Below, piece after piece: positions 1 through 9,476 of a stretch of 64,000 nucleotides of DNA. The position numbers were made by a program, and so were the translations under genes. Under the pieces are notes generated by a model. That model did no database searches. It was given only the letters and a program-made list of their open reading frames with translations, and was not told the DNA's origin. Origin of the DNA: Candidatus Latescibacterota bacterium (GTDB lineage: Bacteria; Latescibacterota; UBA2968); the NCBI GenBank assembly GCA_965116885.1, contig OZ220741.1, forward strand, positions 960,001-1,024,000, given 5' to 3'. Numbering within the stretch: position 1 is the first letter of the stretch; each line of letters opens with the position of its first letter.

Positions 1-1555
1 AAGACTGCACATCCGCATAATCCGACCGCTCAGCCATCTCCGCATAAAAACCGCACCGGGGCTTACCCTGATAAAAAGAACCCGGATGTCCCTGCTCCCA
101 GAACGTCTTGGACGGGCCCAGATAATTATATAGCTCCAAAAAAAGATGCGTATCGTACGCCACCAGACGCAGAGGTGCATTCCGCCCCAAATCTGTACGC
201 GCAAGCGGGCGAATCGCAGAAAGAACCGGACCAATCGCAACACCAACCGTAGCACCATCCGGAACATCGAACGGCAAACTCTCCACCTTCTCATCACCAA
301 CCCAAATCTCATCCACCAGCCCGCAATCGTGCCAGCACACAACGGCTTTGGCACTGCTCCGCGGCGCCATCGCGCCCAGATCCTTCGGCGAATAAAGCAC
401 AATCGCCCGGGAACCATCCTGGACATTGTGACACTGCCCCTCCTCAAAAAGAATCTGATCATTGGACCGCGCGGGCGTTGACCGAAACGACCCGAGCCAG
501 TGATCATCCAGCACATACCGGGAATAAATAACACCCGTCTGATCCGTACCCGTCTTGTGATGCGCGACAAAAACACTCGACTGCCCGGTAATAAAGCGAT
601 TCGTCTGACTGCGAAGTTCCTGAGACGAAACCCCCAGCGCAAACGAAGGACTGTGATACGTGGAAATCCCCACGCCATTTTCCGAATCAGCCGTCTCCAA
701 AAGAAAAAACGTCTCCGGACGGTAATCGAGCGCATCGGACAGCCAATCGGGAAGAACACCCGCCTCAATATATTCCCGAAACGCATCGATCTCCGGCGGC
801 ATCTGGCAAAAAAGCGCGTGCCGGTACGCCCGGCTAAAAGGACCTGCCCAGCGACCCGTAGGCCGATGAATATGCAGGGCTGCTGAAAGACCAATACGCG
901 CGCACATCGCCCTGGCACCAATGCGCGTAGGCTTGTGCTGCACCAGTTCGCCCAGCCTGTGCAACACGCGCATCGCCACATTCGCGTAACCGGGACTATT
1001 AAACTCGTACGCACAACCATTTTGAGTCGTAAAATCCATCCACGCCCGGAACTTCTCATACCCCCGGTTCTCAAACGCCTCATCCCCGAGCAACTCCCCA
1101 CCCAAACACGTATTGGCAATATCCTTAACCACAATATTCGTATAGCGAAAATGAACATCAATCCGCCGAACCTCTTCCAACCCCAGGCGAATACTCTGCC
1201 GGACGCGATTCTGCATATCCTCAGAAAGCGCATTCCCATAATTAATCATCAGTGGAATAAGCTGAAAAAGACAAAACTGAACCGCATTCAAATCCTCCAC
1301 CACCTCATCCTCGCGCTCCCACAGAAAATTTCCCAAATGGGGATCGCCCTCACGCGTCTCCTGACATGCCAGCATCGCATCGAGCACCTTCTCAGCCAAA
1401 TCGACATCCTCACGCGCACCATTCGCCAGAAGATCGTTGGCAAACTCAGCCGCCAGACGCGGCGCGTGATACATCTTGCCCTCTTCCCAGCGAGACAGCA
1501 TAAAAGTCTCAGGATTAAAATTCGGGGGAATAGGAAGGGGTTGAGCTTTAGACAT
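1..1555 (-). CDS. Hypothetical protein, 3'-truncated by the window edge (>500 aa); absent from the ORF track
   Basis: Manual translation from ATG at 1555 (GGAG RBS upstream): MSKAQPLPIPPNFNPETFMLSRWEEGKMYHAPRLAAEF...EFNSPGY..., no stop found down to position 1; the three + strand ORFs here are R/I/H-rich shadows. Confidence 0.85.
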   Translation of the reverse strand, partial: MSKAQPLPIPPNFNPETFMLSRWEEGKMYHAPRLAAEFANDLLANGAREDVDLAEKVLDAMLACQETREGDPHLGNFLWEREDEVVEDLNAVQFCLFQLIPLMINYGNALSEDMQNRVRQSIRLGLEEVRRIDVHFRYTNIVVKDIANTCLGGELLGDEAFENRGYEKFRAWMDFTTQNGCAYEFNSPGYANVAMRVLHRLGELVQHKPTRIGARAMCARIGLSAALHIHRPTGRWAGPFSRAYRHALFCQMPPEIDAFREYIEAGVLPDWLSDALDYRPETFFLLETADSENGVGISTYHSPSFALGVSSQELRSQTNRFITGQSSVFVAHHKTGTDQTGVIYSRYVLDDHWLGSFRSTPARSNDQILFEEGQCHNVQDGSRAIVLYSPKDLGAMAPRSSAKAVVCWHDCGLVDEIWVGDEKVESLPFDVPDGATVGVAIGPVLSAIRPLARTDLGRNAPLRLVAYDTHLFLELYNYLGPSKTFWEQGHPGSFYQGKPRCGFYAEMAERSDYADVQS

Positions 1556-1572
1556 AATGCACTCCGATAGTA

Positions 1573-1601
1573 TTGACACTTCATTAAAAGATGTGTAAAA
1601 T
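1573..1601 (+). promoter_or_regulatory. Sigma70-type promoter for the GH10 gene
   Basis: TTGACA-17 nt-TAAAAT. Confidence 0.7.
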
Positions 1602-1695
1602 GCGATACCCAAAGTAGCCAGAACGCGATGGACTGGCAAGACAAACCCATTCGTCTTGCGATGAACATGTATTCATCCTCTACTCATTTGGCATC

Positions 1696-2937
1696 ATGCA
1701 AAAACACACAAAAATCCTTTTATGTCTCGCACTGGGATTAACACCTATTCTGACCAGTCTTGCCCATGCACAAACCGACCTGGCACGCGCAGACTTTGAT
1801 GGCAATCGGAAGGTTGATATTCAAGACTTTCTCGCATTTGTCGCGGCTTTCGGAAAGACTTCATCGGAGGAAGGTTTTGATAGCAGAATGGACTTTAATG
1901 GCGACAACGCCGTTAATATCCAGGACTTTCTCGCATTTGTCGCGGTTTTCGGTCAATCTGTTGAACTGAAGGACCTGGCCGGTTATCCGGTAGGGGTATC
2001 TCTCCAGACAAAGTATTTGACCGATGATGCCCGGGTATCACTCATCAAAAAAACATTCAGCAGCATAACCGGCGGATGGGAGATGAAGCCGATCTCAACG
2101 GGACCTGGCGCCTATGACTGGCGCAGAGCAGACGCGCTCGTAGATTTTGCGGAAGCCAACAACATGCAGGTCCATGGGCATACGTTGCTGTGGCACAATA
2201 CCGTACCTACCTGGATGGAGAACTTCTCGGGAGACGATGCGGCCTTTGAAGCGGCCATAAAGGAATACATCACAACAGTGGTGCAGCGGTATCGCGGGCG
2301 GGTCGTTAGCTGGGACGTGGTCAACGAAGGCATTGACGGTAGAGGAAAGGTGCGCGACAACTTATTCAGCCAGCGCATGGGGAATGACTATATCGCCCGC
2401 ATGTTTCAGTATGCCCGTGAAGCAGACCCCGATGTATTGCTATTTTACAACGATTACGGCACATCGCAGCCCTGGGCCCGCGCCAAACGCGCTGGCATGC
2501 TAAACATGCTGGACGATTTCCAGACACGCGGTATTCCCATAGACGGAGTCGGTTTGCAAATGCATATTTCCTACAACTCTCCAGACATCTCGACAATACG
2601 AGAAACCATTGACGAGATCATACGACGGGGACTCAAACTACACATCTCCGAACTGGACATCCGCATCAACCCCGATGGCGACCTGTCCGAACCGACTCAA
2701 GAGCGGCTCGAATTGCAAAAAAAGCGCGTCATAGAAATCGTGACAGCTTTCCACCAGGTACCGGAAGCACAGCGGTTTGGCATCACGATATGGGGAATAG
2801 CGGACCCGGACACCTGGCTCATACAGGCTGGCCGAAGTCAGGGCCGTCCCGAATGGCCGCTCTTATTCGATGATCACCTGCAGCCCAAACCGGCTTACGA
2901 TGGATTTGTCGAAGCACTTCAGAACAAAGGATTTTAG
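1696..2937 (+). CDS. Secreted GH10 endo-1,4-beta-xylanase with N-terminal dockerin-like double EF-hand module
   Basis: Signal peptide; two DFxGxxxVxIQDFLAFVAxFG repeats; GH10 motifs HGHTLLWH, WDVVNE (acid/base), LFYNDY, GLQMH, ISELD (nucleophile). Confidence 0.92.
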   Translation: MQKHTKILLCLALGLTPILTSLAHAQTDLARADFDGNRKVDIQDFLAFVAAFGKTSSEEGFDSRMDFNGDNAVNIQDFLAFVAVFGQSVELKDLAGYPVGVSLQTKYLTDDARVSLIKKTFSSITGGWEMKPISTGPGAYDWRRADALVDFAEANNMQVHGHTLLWHNTVPTWMENFSGDDAAFEAAIKEYITTVVQRYRGRVVSWDVVNEGIDGRGKVRDNLFSQRMGNDYIARMFQYAREADPDVLLFYNDYGTSQPWARAKRAGMLNMLDDFQTRGIPIDGVGLQMHISYNSPDISTIRETIDEIIRRGLKLHISELDIRINPDGDLSEPTQERLELQKKRVIEIVTAFHQVPEAQRFGITIWGIADPDTWLIQAGRSQGRPEWPLLFDDHLQPKPAYDGFVEALQNKGF

Positions 2938-3064
2938 CCATAAATATCAGAGTTTTGGAAAAAAAATTGGCGATCCTGCATTCAATGCGACAGCCGATTT
3001 AGACAGCAGCGGTACGATCGACATTCAAGACTTTCTGATTTTTGTTCAGGCTTTTGGCAATTGA
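2933..3064 (+). pseudogene. Dockerin-like EF-hand fragment in the +1 frame directly after the GH10 stop
   Basis: SFGKKIGDPAFNATADLDSSGTIDIQDFLIFVQAFGN matches the GH10 N-terminal repeat; no convincing own start. Confidence 0.6.
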
Positions 3065-3185
3065 CAACCCCTGAAATTCACACTTCACGCCCCTCTTTTT
3101 CATCTGTGGTCATCTGCGCCATCTGCGAAAAACGCTCAAATTATTCGCGTTTTTTTCTACGGATCACACTTCACAGGAGCCTCTC

Positions 3186-4028
3186 ATGGCAACCGCCGAA
3201 ACACCCATCGCGATGCATGAACCATCCCTCTACGAAACAACCAGACGGGCAGACTATCTCGACACCCTCGCCGACATTGACGACCGTCAAATCGCCCAAT
3301 TTCACGAACAGGGATACCTCGCCATTCAACGGGCATTCACGCCGCAACAAATCGAATCCGCGGGCCAGGCCATGTGGGATCTCATCGACGGCAAAAGCCA
3401 GGACTTCAAAGGCGTAATGGCCGAAGCCGCCAAACGCGGGCAATTTTCCGAACTCACAGGCAAAGCGCGCCGCGACAGCGTGCGTAAAATCTGGAAATTC
3501 GTCGATTATGACACCCGGCTCAACGACCTCGCCCACGACCCCAACATCCTCTCCGTACTCTCCCGCATGATGGACGACACACCCGTACTCTTTCAGGACA
3601 TGGGACTGATCAAACCCCCGCACATCGGCCGCGAAAAACCCTGGCATCAGGACTGCGCGTACTTCAACTATCCCGTCGGCACCACCGTCGTCGGCGTATG
3701 GATCGCCATCGATGCCGCTACAGAAGAAAACGGATGCTTGCACATCATCCCCGGCTCACACCGCGAAGGACCCATCCCGCACTTCAGGCGACGCGACTGG
3801 CAAATATGCGACACCGACGTCGCCGTCCCCAGAAACGTCACCGTCCCCCTCAACCCCGGCGGATGCCTCTTCTGGCACGGCATGACCCATCACGGCAGCC
3901 CAACCAACCAATCCGCCCACCGCCGCAGGGCACTGCAATACCACTACCGCCCCGAAAGCACCGTGGAAATGACGGCAAAAGAACGCCTCGCCATCTACGG
4001 CGGCGACGAACTCGGCGTAACGTACTGA
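3186..4028 (+). CDS. Phytanoyl-CoA dioxygenase (PhyH) family Fe(II)/2OG dioxygenase, canonical triad
   Basis: PWHQD, VWIAIDAATEENGCL..IPGSH, HHGS, RRAL; AGGAG RBS. Confidence 0.92.
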   Translation: MATAETPIAMHEPSLYETTRRADYLDTLADIDDRQIAQFHEQGYLAIQRAFTPQQIESAGQAMWDLIDGKSQDFKGVMAEAAKRGQFSELTGKARRDSVRKIWKFVDYDTRLNDLAHDPNILSVLSRMMDDTPVLFQDMGLIKPPHIGREKPWHQDCAYFNYPVGTTVVGVWIAIDAATEENGCLHIIPGSHREGPIPHFRRRDWQICDTDVAVPRNVTVPLNPGGCLFWHGMTHHGSPTNQSAHRRRALQYHYRPESTVEMTAKERLAIYGGDELGVTY

Positions 4029-4037
4029 ATCACTTAT

Positions 4038-4877
4038 TTACAGCTCACTCTTATCTTTCACCTGCGGCTCTCTCGGGAGCGGCACTTGCGGTTGCACAAT
4101 GCGGCGGCGTTGGGGGGTGAGGCGTGCCAGCAACTCTGGCGACGGCTGGTACCCGTGCCGAAAATTCCCCCACGAAGGCCCGTAGCGATACACCGCGATA
4201 CGCCGCGTCCCCGCATTCATCCGCTTTGCCGACCCGTGTGAAAGTCCATCCACAAAAACCAGCGCATCGCCCGCCTTCATAAACACCTCAATCGCGCCCA
4301 CCGTCCCATCCACAGACCTGTCCTCTCCCATCCTCTGCTCATCGTAAAACGGATGTCTGAAATTCGCCTTGTGGCTCCCCGGAATCAACATCGTCCCCCC
4401 ATCGCCCGGACCGATATCCGTCAGCGCCATCAGCACATTCACCTGCCCGCACATAAACCGCCCCCCGTGATACCGGAACTGATTCCTCATAATCGGCGGA
4501 AACCCGCCCGAATGCAACCCAATCGCCTCCCCCGGCTCGCGAAAATTGGCCAAACACTCATCGATAAACATCGGACCGTGATGGTGATCAAACGTCCCCT
4601 CCGCCCCGATAAAAAGCTTCACATGCTCAAACCACGACGGATGATCAATCAGCTTCTCAAACGGCTCGCCCGCCTCGTAAATCTGTTGATAATTGATCCC
4701 CGACGTCACATCGCCATACGCATGACCCTGAACATACCCATACCACTCCCCCGGCTTCAGCGCGGGAATCTCATCCAAACAACCGTTCAACGCCTGAACC
4801 TCATCCGTCGTCAGCGCCCCCTCCATAAGCAGGTACCCGCGCAGGTCAAACAAATAAACATCGAGATCTGGAACCAT
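4038..4877 (-). CDS. PhyH-family Fe(II)/2OG enzyme with HxG motif
   Basis: YLFDLRGYL, LHSGG, LTDIGPGDGGTMLIPGSHK, SHGS, RRIAVYRY; AAGGAG RBS. Confidence 0.88.
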   Translation of the reverse strand: MVPDLDVYLFDLRGYLLMEGALTTDEVQALNGCLDEIPALKPGEWYGYVQGHAYGDVTSGINYQQIYEAGEPFEKLIDHPSWFEHVKLFIGAEGTFDHHHGPMFIDECLANFREPGEAIGLHSGGFPPIMRNQFRYHGGRFMCGQVNVLMALTDIGPGDGGTMLIPGSHKANFRHPFYDEQRMGEDRSVDGTVGAIEVFMKAGDALVFVDGLSHGSAKRMNAGTRRIAVYRYGPSWGNFRHGYQPSPELLARLTPQRRRIVQPQVPLPREPQVKDKSEL

Positions 4878-4961
4878 CGTCACGCTCCTTGTCAATATTA
4901 GCTATGCATATCGCAAGTTATGATAAACTGTTATAGGCTTAAAAGCCATAGCATTTTTGGC

Positions 4962-5100
4962 GGGCGACCACAGGGGGTCGCCCCTACAATCTGGATCGCG
5001 GCTAACACATTGCCGCGATGACGGGCGGGCACGGGGGCACCGCCCCTACAACAACGGGTGGACAGGGCATACGTACGGGCGAGGCATGCCTCGCCCCTAC
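4962..5100. repeat. Cluster of GTAG-type REP palindromes plus a CTGGATCGCGGC..GCCGCGATGAC hairpin element
   Basis: Three hairpins ending CCCCTAC (e.g. GGGCGAGGCATGCCTCGCCCCTAC); the same units recur across the window. Confidence 0.85.
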
Positions 5101-5177
5101 CAACGTAATATTCTTTCTTGCTTCATTCTCATTCAAACCATATAATTTGGAAACACAGTAAAAATGGACATACAACT

Positions 5178-6029
5178 ATGGAACAACAAAACCCCAAAAA
5201 CATGCGTGAACGCACGCCTGAAACCGTTCGCGGTGAAGAAACCGAGGAAGAGCAGATCATCGAGGAAGAAACCCTTGAAGAATCGCAACCCCTGCTCGAA
5301 GAACGGCTCACCCTGCGGAAACCGCTCGGCCTATTATTTGACCTGGGCGACACCCTCTTGACATACCTCAAATTCGACCCAGAAGCCGGGCACGCGGCCA
5401 CACTAAACATCGCCGACAACCCATTGGGCTACACAGTCGAAGACATTGACAACCACATAAAAAGACTCAACCGCGACCTCATACCCCGCAGGGAAAAAGC
5501 ACAGGTAGAATTTCATCCCCACATCATCCAGCGCCACGTCTATGAAGCCCTGCACATCACCTTTGACCGCACCCCTGAAGAAGTCGAACGCGTATTCTGG
5601 CGTGCGGCGACATCGTGGCAGCCCGAACCGGGCATAGAATACGTCCTCGAAATATTGCGAAACAAAAACATCCCAATGGGCATCGTCAGCAACGCCGCAT
5701 TTTGCGGCAACACATTGATATGGGAAATCGAACAACAGGGCCTCGCGGACTACTTTCGCTTCCTCATGTCCAGCGCCGACTACTGGGTACGCAAACCCCA
5801 TCCCCTCCTGTTGGAAACCGCCGCCGCCAAACTCGGATACAAACCCGCCGACTTATGGTATGTGGGCAACTCGCCTCAATACGATATCGCAGCCGCGCAC
5901 AACGCCGGCATGGGCGCCGTATGGTACAACCGTCTGGACGACCCCCTCGACGGACCCGACCCCCATGTCGAAATCAAAAGTTGGCGCGAATTTTTAGAAT
6001 TAGTTGAAGGCTTTTATTTAAAAATATAA
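5178..6029 (+). CDS. HAD-superfamily hydrolase (subfamily IA)
   Basis: LLFDLGDTL motif I, IVSNA motif II, RKPHP, YVGNSPQYDI..A..AGM. Confidence 0.88.
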   Translation: MEQQNPKNMRERTPETVRGEETEEEQIIEEETLEESQPLLEERLTLRKPLGLLFDLGDTLLTYLKFDPEAGHAATLNIADNPLGYTVEDIDNHIKRLNRDLIPRREKAQVEFHPHIIQRHVYEALHITFDRTPEEVERVFWRAATSWQPEPGIEYVLEILRNKNIPMGIVSNAAFCGNTLIWEIEQQGLADYFRFLMSSADYWVRKPHPLLLETAAAKLGYKPADLWYVGNSPQYDIAAAHNAGMGAVWYNRLDDPLDGPDPHVEIKSWREFLELVEGFYLKI

Positions 6030-6043
6030 AGGAGAGAAACACG

Positions 6044-7279
6044 ATGTCCGATTTTTCAATCGCAGAAGCTGTACACAACGCATTTCAAAACCACGCCATC
6101 GTCGATATACACACCCACCTCTATCCCGCCTCCATGGGCGAACTCTACCTGGCCGGACCCGACGAACTCCTCACCTATCACTATCTCAAAGCCGAATGCT
6201 CGCGCATGTTGCCCGAAGGCGTTGCGGTTGACACCTTTAACAACATGCCCACCACAGAACAGGCCGACATCATCTGGCAACAACTCTTCGTCGGCAACAG
6301 CTCCCCAATATCCGAAGCGCAACTCGGCGTCGTCACCGTCATGAACCGCCTGGGACTAAACCCGCGCGCAGAAAACCTGTCCGAATTTCGCGCCTTCCAC
6401 AACTCTAAAACACCCGAAGAATACACCGACATGGTCTTCGAAAGCGCTGGCGTCGCCAGTGTCTATATGACCAACGACCCCCTCGACGACACCGAAGGTC
6501 CCATGTGGCAACAGGGCATCGACATCGACCCGCGCTTCAGAGCAGTCCTGCGCCTCGACAGCGCGCTCATGAACTGGCCCGCCCCCGCCGACAAACTCCG
6601 CGCCCTAAGATACGATGTAGAAGAAAGCCTATCCGACAAAACCTTTGCGGAACTGCGGCGCTACCTCACCGACTGGGCCCAAAAAATGGACGCTCGATAC
6701 ATGGCCATATCGCTCCCCCCGGACTTTGCCTACCCCTCTGAAGACAGCATCTCACAAATGATGGGCAACGTCGTATATCCCACAGCCCGGGAACTCCAGA
6801 TCCCCTCGGCAATGATGATCGGCGTCACCCGGCAAGTCAACCCCATCCTCAAAGACGGCGGCGACAGCCTGGGCAAATGGGACATCGCCAACCTCGAACG
6901 CATCGCACGCGACTGGCCCGACGTCAACTTCCTCATCACCCTCCTCTCGCGCGAAAACCAGCACGAACTCTGCGTCACGGGCCGCAAATTCCCCAACGTA
7001 CACCCCTTTGGCTGCTGGTGGTTCTTGAACAACCCCAGCATCATCCGGGAAATAACAGCCGAACGCCTCGAACTCCTCGGCACCAGCTTTGTACCCCAGC
7101 ACTCCGACGCCCGCATCCTGGACCAGCTCCTCTACAAATGGACCCACTCCATCGGCGTCATCGCCCCCGTGTTCATCGACAAATACGAATCGCTTCGCGC
7201 TGCGGGCTGGCCCCTCACTCCGGCAGACATCCAGCGCGACATCGCCACCATGTTTGGCGGCGGCAAATTACTGGACTAA
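6044..7279 (+). CDS. uxaC: Uronate (glucuronate) isomerase, Bacillus halodurans-type amidohydrolase fold
   Basis: DIHTHL, DELLTYHYL, MTNDP, FGCWWFLNNPSII, PQHSDARILDQL.YKW.H. Confidence 0.88.
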   Translation: MSDFSIAEAVHNAFQNHAIVDIHTHLYPASMGELYLAGPDELLTYHYLKAECSRMLPEGVAVDTFNNMPTTEQADIIWQQLFVGNSSPISEAQLGVVTVMNRLGLNPRAENLSEFRAFHNSKTPEEYTDMVFESAGVASVYMTNDPLDDTEGPMWQQGIDIDPRFRAVLRLDSALMNWPAPADKLRALRYDVEESLSDKTFAELRRYLTDWAQKMDARYMAISLPPDFAYPSEDSISQMMGNVVYPTARELQIPSAMMIGVTRQVNPILKDGGDSLGKWDIANLERIARDWPDVNFLITLLSRENQHELCVTGRKFPNVHPFGCWWFLNNPSIIREITAERLELLGTSFVPQHSDARILDQLLYKWTHSIGVIAPVFIDKYESLRAAGWPLTPADIQRDIATMFGGGKLLD

Positions 7280-7285
7280 TGGCAA

Positions 7286-7325
7286 CTGGATCGCGGACGG
7301 GACGGCACAGGGGCCGTCCCCTACA
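7286..7325. repeat. REP-like palindrome
   Basis: CTGGATCGC..GGGACGGCACAGGGGCCGTCCCCTAC. Confidence 0.8.
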
Positions 7326-7343
7326 ACATGGCAGGATTTATTG

Positions 7344-7871
7344 ATGCATAAGATGACAACTAAAACCTTCTGGATTGCGGTCGCCCTCCTCCTCTTCTCC
7401 GGATCGGGGTTGTGTGCGCCGTATAAAATCTATATCTTTATGGGAGAAACCTGTCCGGTCTCGCGGCATTACACCTTGACACTCAAAGAACTGCACGCAG
7501 AATACGCATCTGAAAAACTCGAATTCATCGGCGTATTCCCCAATCGACTCTCCACCCCAGCCACGATTGCCGCGTTCAAAAAAAAATACGCCTTGCCATT
7601 CACCTGCATCGGGGATTCCATCCACACATGGGTGAACCGACTGGGCGCAACGATCACGCCAGAAGTCGTCGTTGCCGACACATCGAACACCGCCATCTAT
7701 CGGGGTCGCATTGACAACACCTTTGCGGATTTGGGCAAAAGACGCCGCATCGTCACCGCCCACGACCTCACAGATGTACTGAAAGCCCTCAAGAACGAAA
7801 AACCCCCGGTATTTCGCCAGACCCAGGCCATTGGCTGCATCATAACCTCATGGCAAAACACAAAGGAATAA
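7344..7871 (+). CDS. Exported redoxin / thioredoxin-like (AhpC-TSA) protein
   Basis: Signal peptide; CPVS, GATITPEVVV, YRGRID, C-terminal AIGCII; ORF-track start at 7089 overlaps uxaC and was trimmed. Confidence 0.82.
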   Translation: MHKMTTKTFWIAVALLLFSGSGLCAPYKIYIFMGETCPVSRHYTLTLKELHAEYASEKLEFIGVFPNRLSTPATIAAFKKKYALPFTCIGDSIHTWVNRLGATITPEVVVADTSNTAIYRGRIDNTFADLGKRRRIVTAHDLTDVLKALKNEKPPVFRQTQAIGCIITSWQNTKE

Positions 7872-7875
7872 AGCC

Positions 7876-9414
7876 ATGCGACCACTTGCCCTCTCCATAC
7901 TCGCGATCCTCCTCGCCGTTACTTCGCCACGCGCGGAAGCCCCCACCTTTAGCAAAGACGTCTCGTCCATCATATACAACAACTGCACATCGTGCCATCG
8001 AGACGGTGAAATAGGGCCTATGCCCCTCACAAATTACAGCGAAATCTCGGCTTATGCAGACATGATCAAACACGTCACAGAAACCCAGTACATGCCCCCG
8101 TGGAAACCCGATTACAACTACAGCCAGCACATCGGCGCAAGAACACTCACCAAAACAGAAATCAACACAATATCAAACTGGGTCAACGCCGGCTTTCCCC
8201 AGGGCGACATCGCCCTTGAAGCCCCCATGCCGGAATTTCCAACAGGCTCTGTACTCGGCACCCCCGACCTCGTACTCACCATGGCAGAACCCTTTACCAT
8301 CCGCGGCGACAATGAAGACCAGTACCAGGTCTTCGTCATCCCAACCCACCTCACAGAAGACCGGGAAGTCGAAGCCGTTGAATTTCGACCCGGCAACAGC
8401 AGAATCGTTCACCACGCCCTCATCGGCGCCGACATCACGGGCACTGCCCGCCAAAGAGACCTCGAAACCCCGGAATACGGTTACGAATCCTTTGGTGCAT
8501 TCGGCGCGCCAACCGCTGTTGTCCTCCCTGGATATACACCCGGTGCAAAACCCCCGATATATCCCAAAGGCGTTGGACACATACTGCCCAAAAACTCCGA
8601 CTTACTGATCCAGGTACACTACGCACCCTGGCCACTTGCAGAATCCGATCAATCCAGCATCAACATATTCTTCAAAAAAGAACCCATCGAAAGAGAAGTG
8701 GGTTTTATCACCTTCGCACCGCTCACCACGGACGGTGAAAGACTGAGCAGACTATTCAGGGTCCTGCTCGGAGAAGAGCGACACGGCGGCACCCCCGTAG
8801 AAAAAATCCAAATTAGCGATATCTTTATCATCCCGAAAGATCGAATCAAAACATTTCACACGACACTCTTCATCAATCGGGACATCAGCCTCCTGTCCAT
8901 CTATCCGCACATGCACTTGTTGGGCAAATCCTGGGAAATCTATGCCACGGACCCACAGGGCAACCGCACCAACCTCATCCGTATTGAAGACTGGGATTTT
9001 AACTGGCAGGGCAATTACACCTTCACCCAATATCAAAAAATAACTGCGGGATCCCAAATCCACGCCATTACCACCTACGACAACACCACAAACAACCCGC
9101 TCAACCCCAACTATCCCCCCCGCCAATCGACCTGGGGCGAAAAAACCACCGATGAAATGCTCCTGGCTGTCATGGAATACGTACCCTACCGACAAGGCGA
9201 TGAAAACATCGCCCTCACCGTTGGCCGGGGCGGCGAAATAAGCATAGACTTCAACGGCAATGGACAAAAGGACTTTGCCGACTTCCTCCTATTCGTCCAG
9301 AACTTTGGCCTGAGCCGAAGCGACACCAGCTATCAGCGTCACTTTGACCTCAACGAGGATGGACACATCAACTTTACCGACTTTATCATCTTCGCCAATC
9401 AATATGCGCAATAA
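7876..9414 (+). CDS. Secreted copper type II (PHM/DBH-like) monooxygenase with N-terminal c-type heme domain and C-terminal dockerin-like module
   Basis: CTSCH and MPPW; VHH, QVHY, PHMH, DEM copper ligands; DFNGNGQKDFADF and DLNEDGHINFTDF repeats. Confidence 0.82.
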   Translation: MRPLALSILAILLAVTSPRAEAPTFSKDVSSIIYNNCTSCHRDGEIGPMPLTNYSEISAYADMIKHVTETQYMPPWKPDYNYSQHIGARTLTKTEINTISNWVNAGFPQGDIALEAPMPEFPTGSVLGTPDLVLTMAEPFTIRGDNEDQYQVFVIPTHLTEDREVEAVEFRPGNSRIVHHALIGADITGTARQRDLETPEYGYESFGAFGAPTAVVLPGYTPGAKPPIYPKGVGHILPKNSDLLIQVHYAPWPLAESDQSSINIFFKKEPIEREVGFITFAPLTTDGERLSRLFRVLLGEERHGGTPVEKIQISDIFIIPKDRIKTFHTTLFINRDISLLSIYPHMHLLGKSWEIYATDPQGNRTNLIRIEDWDFNWQGNYTFTQYQKITAGSQIHAITTYDNTTNNPLNPNYPPRQSTWGEKTTDEMLLAVMEYVPYRQGDENIALTVGRGGEISIDFNGNGQKDFADFLLFVQNFGLSRSDTSYQRHFDLNEDGHINFTDFIIFANQYAQ

Positions 9415-9420
9415 AAAAAG

Positions 9421-9476
9421 GGCAACCACGAAGGTTGCCCCTACAACAATGGGACTGCACAGGGACCGTCCTCTAC
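9421..9476. repeat. Two GTAG-type REP palindromes between convergent genes
   Basis: GGCAACCACGAAGGTTGCCCCTAC and GGGACTGCACAGGGACCGTCCTCTAC. Confidence 0.75.

Noticed and set aside
146..1570. Three + strand ORFs (111, 128, 211 aa)
   Set aside because: R/I/H-rich antisense shadows of the minus-strand gene 1..1555
4962..5100. CRISPR or IS ends in REP clusters
   Set aside because: Units differ in sequence, spacing is irregular, no transposase or terminal inverted repeats
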